DNA of 64,000 nt from an uncultured Acidobacteriota bacterium (GTDB lineage: Bacteria > Acidobacteriota > Vicinamibacteria > Fen-336), in contig OY970399.1 of the NCBI GenBank assembly GCA_963720545.1, positions 2,048,001 through 2,112,000 of the forward strand, read 5' to 3'. Shown one piece after another: positions 56,718 to 64,000 of this stretch; within the stretch, counting starts at the first letter, position 1, and each line of letters begins with the position of its first letter. The position numbers and the translations under genes are program-made. Below the pieces are notes generated by a model that had not been told where the DNA came from, did no database searches, and was given only the letters and a program-made list of their open reading frames with translations.

Positions 56718-57136
56718 GGCGGCTTGTCGGGGCTGAATTCTAGCTCCCACTCCCCCGAGTCGCCGGCCTTCGCCGGCACTCCCAGGTGCGGCCGCAGCCT
56801 GGCGATGATCTTCTTCGCAAGCTCGGGATCGCCGCGAAACCAGCGGTCGGGAATGTCGAGGTCGAAGACCGGGCGCTTGATTGCGGGAAAGCGCAGGCGC
56901 AGCTGGGTGACGTGCAGGTCTTCCTTCTCGTTCATCACGAAGACGCGGTCGGCCCACTCGAAGAGCTCCTTCGAGATGGGCGTCGTGGCGAACGGCGCGG
57001 TGCCGGCGGAGCGCACCTTGTAGCGCGAATCGTGGCGGTAGAGATCTTCAGCCGTCCGGCTGCGGTCGACGTTCGCGGTGCAGACGAAAAGAATGTGCTC
57101 GCGGCGGGCCGGTACGTGCATGTACGTAGCCGCCAT
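56708..57136 (-). CDS. Low-molecular-weight protein-tyrosine-phosphatase-like protein
   Basis: ILFVCTANVDRS (CX5R), SAGT, WADRVFVM, LDIPD. Confidence 0.85.
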   Translation of the reverse strand: MAATYMHVPARREHILFVCTANVDRSRTAEDLYRHDSRYKVRSAGTAPFATTPISKELFEWADRVFVMNEKEDLHVTQLRLRFPAIKRPVFDLDIPDRWFRGDPELAKKIIARLRPHLGVPAKAGDSGEWELEFSPDKPPEG

Positions 57137-57166
57137 TCTATCGCGCGGGCTTTATACTCCGGGGCC

Positions 57167-59762
57167 ATGAAATCCCTGCTCCTGGCTTCTTTGGCCCTGT
57201 TCGCGGCCAGCTCGCCGTCGCTCGCCGCCAAGGACCCCGTCTACGCCCTCACCGGGGCTCGCATCGTCACCGTCTCCGGAGCGGTGCTCGAGAACGCCAC
57301 CCTGGTGATGGACCAAGGCCTCATCACGGCCGTCGGCGCCGACGCGAAGGTGCCCCTGGGTGCACGGATCCTGGACGGCAAGGGACTCACGATCACCCCC
57401 GGCTTCATCGACGGATTCGGCAAGGTGGGCCTGGCGCCGTCGCCGCCGCGCACGGCCGGCCAGGGCCAGGCGGCCGCCCCGGGGCCCGGCCCGCTGGCTC
57501 CCGCGGCGATGGTGTTCGACCGCATCCGCATCGCGGACGCCGCGAAGGCGCGCGACGCCGGCATCACCAGCGCCCTGGTCGTGCCGGAGGACGGCGTGCT
57601 CCCCGGCCAGAGCGTCTTCATCAACACCGCGGGCGAACGTCCCGAGTCGATGGTCGTCCTGCAGCCGTTCGCGCAGCACCTGCACATGGCTACGGTCGGC
57701 AGCGGGCGCTATCCCGGCTCGCTCATGGGGACGATGGCGTACGCGCGCCAGGCGCTGCTCGACGCGGCGCATTACCGCGATGAGTGGGCGGCTTACGAGC
57801 GCGCGCCGAAAGGCCGCAAGCGCCCCGCGTACGATCCGGGGCTCGCCGCCTGGCGGGCGGTCATCGACGGCAAGGAGCCGCTGGTCGTCACCGCACGGCG
57901 CGAGAACGACGTGCGGCGCGCCCTGTCGCTGCGCGACGAGTTCAAGATCCGCGTGATCGTCGCCGGCGCCATGCAGGCCGCGCACCTCAGCGACCTCGTG
58001 AAGGCGAAGAAGTTGCCGCTGCTGGTGAGCGTCAACTACGACCCGCCGATGCCCGCCGGCGCCTTCGACCAGAGCGATGTCGAGCGCGACCGCCAGACGA
58101 TCGCCGATGCCGAACAGAACCCGGCGGCGCTCCACAGGGCCGGCGTCTCGTTCGCGCTCGTGTCCGGCCACGGCCGCGACTTCGTCGCCGGCGTCCGCAA
58201 GGCGATCGACAAGGGGCTGCCGAAGGAAGCCGCGCTGCGCGCCATCACCCTGGCACCGGCGGAGGTGCTCGGTGTCTCCGACCGGCTCGGCAGCGTCGAG
58301 ACCGGCAAGATCGCAAACGTCGTGGCCTGGAGCGGCGAGCCGCTCGCGAAGGACACGAAGGCGAAGTACGTGTTCGTCGACGGACGCCTCTACGAGCCCG
58401 AGGACAGCGATGCCGCAAAGAGCGCCGACGGCAAGGCCCCCGACAAGGCTGACGACGCCAAGGGTAAGGATGAGGACAAGGACAAGGACACCGTTGCCTG
58501 GACCCCGGCAGTTCCGCCGCAGGCGCCGGCCGTCACCGCCATCACCGGCGCGACGCTCCTGACCGTGTCGGCCGCCGGCCGCATCGAGAACGGCACCATC
58601 CTGATCCGCGACGGCAGGATCGCCGCGGTCGGCAAGGACGTGGCCGTGCCGAAGGGCGCGACGGTGATCGATGCCGCGGGCCGCTTCGTCACGCCTGGGT
58701 CTGATCGACGCGCATTCGCACACCGGTGTCGAAGGCTCGGTGAACGAGTGCACCGATTCGGTCACCGCGCAGGTGCGGGTCAGCGACGTCATCGACGACC
58801 GCGACATCGACATCTACCGCCAGCTGGGCGGCGGCGTCACCACCATCAACGTGCTGCACGGCTCGTGCAACGCGATCGGCGGCCAGAACGCGACGCTCAA
58901 GCTGCGCTGGGGACGCACGCCGGAGGAGCTGGTCTTCAAGGAGGCGCCCCCGGGCATCAAGTTCGCGCTCGGCGAGAACCCGAAGCGCTCCAACTTCCGT
59001 GTCCCCGGCCGGCCGCCGCGCTACCCCGGCACGCGCATGGGCGTCGAGGCCGTGATCCGCGAGGCGTTCGAGTCGGCGCGCGCCTACAAGCAGGAATGGG
59101 ATGAGTACGAGAAACAGGCGAAGGCCGTGGCCGCCGGCAAGGACAAACCGGTGGCGCCGCGCAAGGACCTGCAGATGGAAGAGCTGAAGGCGATCCTCGA
59201 AGGCAAGGTGTTCGTCCACGCCCACTGCTACCGCGCCGACGAGATCCTGATGCTGATCCGTGTCGCCGACGAGTTCGGGTTCAAGATCCGCACCTTCCAG
59301 CACGTGCTCGAGGGCTACAAGGTGGCGAGCGAGATCGCGAAGCACGGCGCGGGCGGCTCGACCTTCTCCGACTGGTGGGCGTACAAGATGGAGGCGTTCG
59401 ACGCCATCCCCTACAACGCCGCGATCATGGCGGCGCACGGTGTCAACGTCTCGCTCAACTCCGACTCCAACGAGCTCGCGCGACGGCTCTACTGGGAGGC
59501 GGCGAAGGCGGTGAAGTACGGCGGGGTCAGCGAGGACGAGGCGCTCAAGATGATCACCATCAACCCGGCGTGGCAGCTGGGTGTGGACAAGCGCACCGGC
59601 TCGATCGAAGTCGGCAAGGACGCCGACCTCGCGATCTTCAGCGCCCATCCGTTCGCGCCGGACGCCGTGGTCGAAAAGACGCTGGTGGACGGCGCCGTCT
59701 ATTTCGACCGGGCAAAGGACCTCGCCACGAGAGCCAAGGCCGCGTCAGGAGGTGCGAAGTGA
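57167..59762 (+). CDS. Secreted two-domain amidohydrolase-family protein, frameshift at about 58698
   Basis: Domain 1 PGFIDGFG ... GSVETGKIAN; domain 2 TPG/LIDAHSH, KFALGENPK, HCYRADE, GSIEVGKDAD; removing one base joins the two ORFs. Confidence 0.82.
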
Positions 59763-61033
59763 AGGGCGCCTGGTTCCTGTTCGCATTGCTCACCGCTGCC
59801 GCCAGCCTCGCCGGCGCGGCGGACGGCACCATCGCGATCGTCGGCGGCCGCGTCCTGACCGTGTCGGGCGCGCCGCTGGAGAACGCGACCGTGGTCATCG
59901 AGAAGGGCAAGATCGCGGCGGTCGGCGCCAACCTCGCGCCGCCCGCCGGCGCGACCATCGTCGATGCGAAGGGCAAGACGGTCTACCCTGGCCTCATCGA
60001 CGCGCTCTCCGACATGGGCCTCACCGAGATCGGCAGCGTGCCGGGCTCGGTGGACACCAACGAGGTCGGCGACGTCAACCCGCATGCCAAGGCCTGGGTC
60101 GCGCTGCAGCCGCACAGCGACCTGATCCCGGTGGCGCGCGCCAACGGCGTGACCGCGGTGCTGGTGGCGCCCGATGGCGGCCTCATCTCCGGCCAGAGCG
60201 CGCTCATCCGGCTGGCGGGCTCCACTCCGGACGCGCTGACCGTGAAGCAGCCGGTGGCGATGCACATCCGCTACCCCTCGGGCGAGCGCGAGTTCAACAT
60301 CGACAACCTGTTCGACGAGCCGCAGCTGCGTACGCTCGAGGAGCGCGTCAAGGAGAAGAAGAAGAACCAGAAGGCGGCGCTCGACCGCCTGCGCAACCTG
60401 CTCGACGAGGCGAAGGCCTACGGCTCGGCCTCGGCCTCGCGCAAGCCCGACCTGCCGATGGAGGCGCTCGCTCCGGTGGCGCTCGGCAAGCTGCCGGTGA
60501 TCATCGCGGCCGACGAGGAAGACGACATCCGCGGCGCCGTCGCCTTCGCCGTCGAGCGTGGGTTCAAGCCGGTGATCGCCGGCGGGCTCGAGGCCTGGCG
60601 CTGCGTCGACCTGCTGAAGCAGAAAGACGCCGCGGTGCTGCTGGCCGTAGACCGCGTTCCCGGCCACTACGGCGACCCGTACGACTCCGTTTATGCGACG
60701 CCTGCGGCACTGCAGAAGGCGGGCGTGCCCTTCGCGATCGTCAACGCGACCGCAGCGTTCACCCGCAACCTGCCCTATGAAGCGGCGATGGCACGCGCCT
60801 ACGGGCTCGCGGCCGACGCGGCGCTGCGCGCCATCACGCTGTCGCCCGCCGAGATCCTGGGCGTCGCCGCGCGCATGGGCTCGATCGAACCGGGCAAGGA
60901 CGCGAACCTGTTCCTCGCCACGGGCGACATCATGGACCACCGCACCGAGGTCACCGCGGTCTACATCGACGGCGTCGCGCAGAGCCTCGAGACCCGCCAC
61001 ACGCGGCTCTACAAGGAGTTCAAGGACCGCTAG
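59759..61033 (+). CDS. Amidohydrolase-family protein (metal-binding HxH absent)
   Basis: YPGLIDALSD, RANGVT, AITLSPAEILG, GSIEPGKDAN; GTG start overlaps the upstream stop. Confidence 0.85.
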   Translation: MKGAWFLFALLTAAASLAGAADGTIAIVGGRVLTVSGAPLENATVVIEKGKIAAVGANLAPPAGATIVDAKGKTVYPGLIDALSDMGLTEIGSVPGSVDTNEVGDVNPHAKAWVALQPHSDLIPVARANGVTAVLVAPDGGLISGQSALIRLAGSTPDALTVKQPVAMHIRYPSGEREFNIDNLFDEPQLRTLEERVKEKKKNQKAALDRLRNLLDEAKAYGSASASRKPDLPMEALAPVALGKLPVIIAADEEDDIRGAVAFAVERGFKPVIAGGLEAWRCVDLLKQKDAAVLLAVDRVPGHYGDPYDSVYATPAALQKAGVPFAIVNATAAFTRNLPYEAAMARAYGLAADAALRAITLSPAEILGVAARMGSIEPGKDANLFLATGDIMDHRTEVTAVYIDGVAQSLETRHTRLYKEFKDR

Positions 61034-61042
61034 GAGCGGGCT

Positions 61043-62353
<1,311 letters not shown>

Positions 62354-62390
62354 TTACGATCCTCGGAGCGATCAAGCGAACAGGAGCACG

Positions 62391-63260
62391 ATGAAGATTC
62401 GCAAGGCGATCTTTCCGGCTGCGGGGCTCGGCACGCGCTTCCTGCCGGCCACCAAGGCGCAGCCGAAAGAGATGCTGCCGCTCGTCGACAAGCCCATCAT
62501 CCAGTACGTCGTCGAGGAGGCGGTCGCCTCCGGCATCACCAACATCATCATAGTGACCGGCCGCGGCAAAAACGCGATCGAGGACCACTTCGACGTCTCC
62601 TACGAACTCGAGAACATGCTGAAGGAGCGCAACAAGCTCGACCTGCTGAAGCAGGTGCAGGAAGTCTCGAGCATGATCAACATCTCCTACGTGCGCCAGG
62701 GCGAGACGCTGGGCCTCGGCCACGCCGTGCTGATGGCGCGGGACCTGGTCGGCGACGAGCCGTTCGCGGTGATGCTCGGCGACGACATCATCGACAGCGA
62801 CGTGCCGTGCATGAAGCAGATGATCGAGACCTTCAACGCCTACCAGAGCCCGGTGATCGCCGTGCAGCAGGTGCCGAAGGAGCAGATCTCGTCCTACGGC
62901 GTCATCAAGGGCACGGCCGAGGGCGGTTCGGGGCGCGTCTACCGCATCGAGGACCTGGTGGAGAAGCCGCGGGCCGAAGACGCGCCGTCCGACCTCGCCA
63001 TCATCGGGCGCTACATCCTGACGCCCGACATCTTCGAGGTGCTCGAGAAGACGGCGCGCGACGGGTCGGGCGAGGTGCAGCTGACGAACGGCCTGCGGGC
63101 GCTGCGCGAGACGCGCGCGCTCTACGGGCACCGTTTCGAGGGTGTGCGCCACGACGCCGGCAACAAGCTCGGCTTCCTGATCGCGACGGTGGAGTTCGCC
63201 TTGAAGCGCGACGACCTCGGCGAGCCGTTCCGCCGCTACCTGAAGGGCCTGAAGCTGTAG
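62391..63260 (+). CDS. galU: UTP--glucose-1-phosphate uridylyltransferase
   Basis: PAAGLGTRFLPATKAQPKEMLP, LGLGHAV, VEKP, GRYIL. Confidence 0.96.
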   Translation: MKIRKAIFPAAGLGTRFLPATKAQPKEMLPLVDKPIIQYVVEEAVASGITNIIIVTGRGKNAIEDHFDVSYELENMLKERNKLDLLKQVQEVSSMINISYVRQGETLGLGHAVLMARDLVGDEPFAVMLGDDIIDSDVPCMKQMIETFNAYQSPVIAVQQVPKEQISSYGVIKGTAEGGSGRVYRIEDLVEKPRAEDAPSDLAIIGRYILTPDIFEVLEKTARDGSGEVQLTNGLRALRETRALYGHRFEGVRHDAGNKLGFLIATVEFALKRDDLGEPFRRYLKGLKL

Positions 63261-63266
63261 GCGCCG

Positions 63267-63621
63267 CTACTTCGCCTTGGCGGCGGCGCTGCTCTTGCCC
63301 GCCGGCTTCGAATCCTTCGGTTTCGACTCCGCTTTGGCGGGAGCCGATTCGGCCTTGGCGTCAGACTTGCCTTCGAGACTTGCCTTCGGACTTGCCCTCC
63401 GACTGCGCCCCACCGGCCTCGGCCTTCGCCTCGCGCGCCTTGTCCTTGCCGGCGTAGTCGGTGACGTACCAGCCGGCGCCCTTGAACTGGATGGCGGGCG
63501 CCGAAGCCTGCTTCACCACCGCGCGGCCACAGGTCGGGCACTTCCTGAGCGGGGCGTCTGAAAACTTGCGGATCTTCTCGAACAGCCCGCATTTGGGACA
63601 GAGGTACTCGTAGAGCGGCAC
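63267..63621 (-). CDS. FmdB-family zinc-ribbon protein with Lys/Ala/Ser-rich tail (frameshift at about 63377)
   Basis: PLYEYLCPKCG...CPTCG...FKGAGWYVTDY; the tail GKSDAKAESAPAK...KAK* continues in another frame. Confidence 0.85.
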
Positions 63622-63652
63622 GCCTGCAATTGTAGGCCCGAACCCGGTGACG

Positions 63653-64000
63653 TCAGTGGACGGCCGCCCAGTTGGCGCCGAGGCGCGCGTCCACGCGCAG
63701 CGGCACGTCGAGCGCCATGGCGTGCTCCATCTTGTCCTTGACGAGCGCCATCGCCTGTTCGCTCTCGCCCTGCGGCACCTCGAGCAGCAGCTCGTCGTGG
63801 ATCTGCAGGATGAGGCGCGTGCGCAGCCCGCTGCGCTGCAGCTCCGCATCGACGTCGATCATTGCCTTCTTGATGAGGTCGGCGGCCGAGCCCTGCACGG
63901 GTGTGTTCATCGCCTGGCGCTCGGCCTCCATGCGGACCTGGAAGTTCTTCGAGTTGATGTCGGGCAGGCGCCGCAGGCGGCCCAGCAGGGTGCGCACCAT
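63653..64000 (-). CDS. polA: DNA polymerase I, C-terminal fragment (gene runs off the window)
   Basis: AERQAMNTPVQGSAADLIK, LQIHDELLLE, GANWAAVH. Confidence 0.95.
   Translation of the reverse strand: MVRTLLGRLRRLPDINSKNFQVRMEAERQAMNTPVQGSAADLIKKAMIDVDAELQRSGLRTRLILQIHDELLLEVPQGESEQAMALVKDKMEHAMALDVPLRVDARLGANWAAVH

Overview
This is a GC-rich chromosomal window from a diderm bacterium, most likely Acidobacteriota (it has an ADOP-type duplicated permease and an Oar-like TonB-dependent receptor). It holds mostly housekeeping and metabolic genes: tRNA-Glu, two tRNA-Ser, gltX, serS, galU, the 3' end of polA, pntB/pntA2, a partial myo-inositol catabolic cluster with an ABC transporter and LacI regulator, two hybrid histidine kinases, a KaiC-like ATPase, several peptidases and amidohydrolases, and REP-like palindromic repeats. 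The standout is an unannotated five-gene locus at 24822-28338 next to gltX. It encodes a signal-peptide-bearing precursor with seven identical AHGFTSGPP cores (all core variation is synonymous), a predicted 7-TM membrane protein and a single-pass helical protein. Two paralogous GAF-like/Fis-HTH regulators lacking an AAA+ domain flank these, and a perfect 12-bp inverted repeat lies just before the precursor RBS. My inference is a peptide-signalling (quorum-sensing-like) system that matches no family I can name. Several single-base frameshifts in ordinary genes probably reflect sequencing errors. All calls come from reading motifs by eye; no searches were run.
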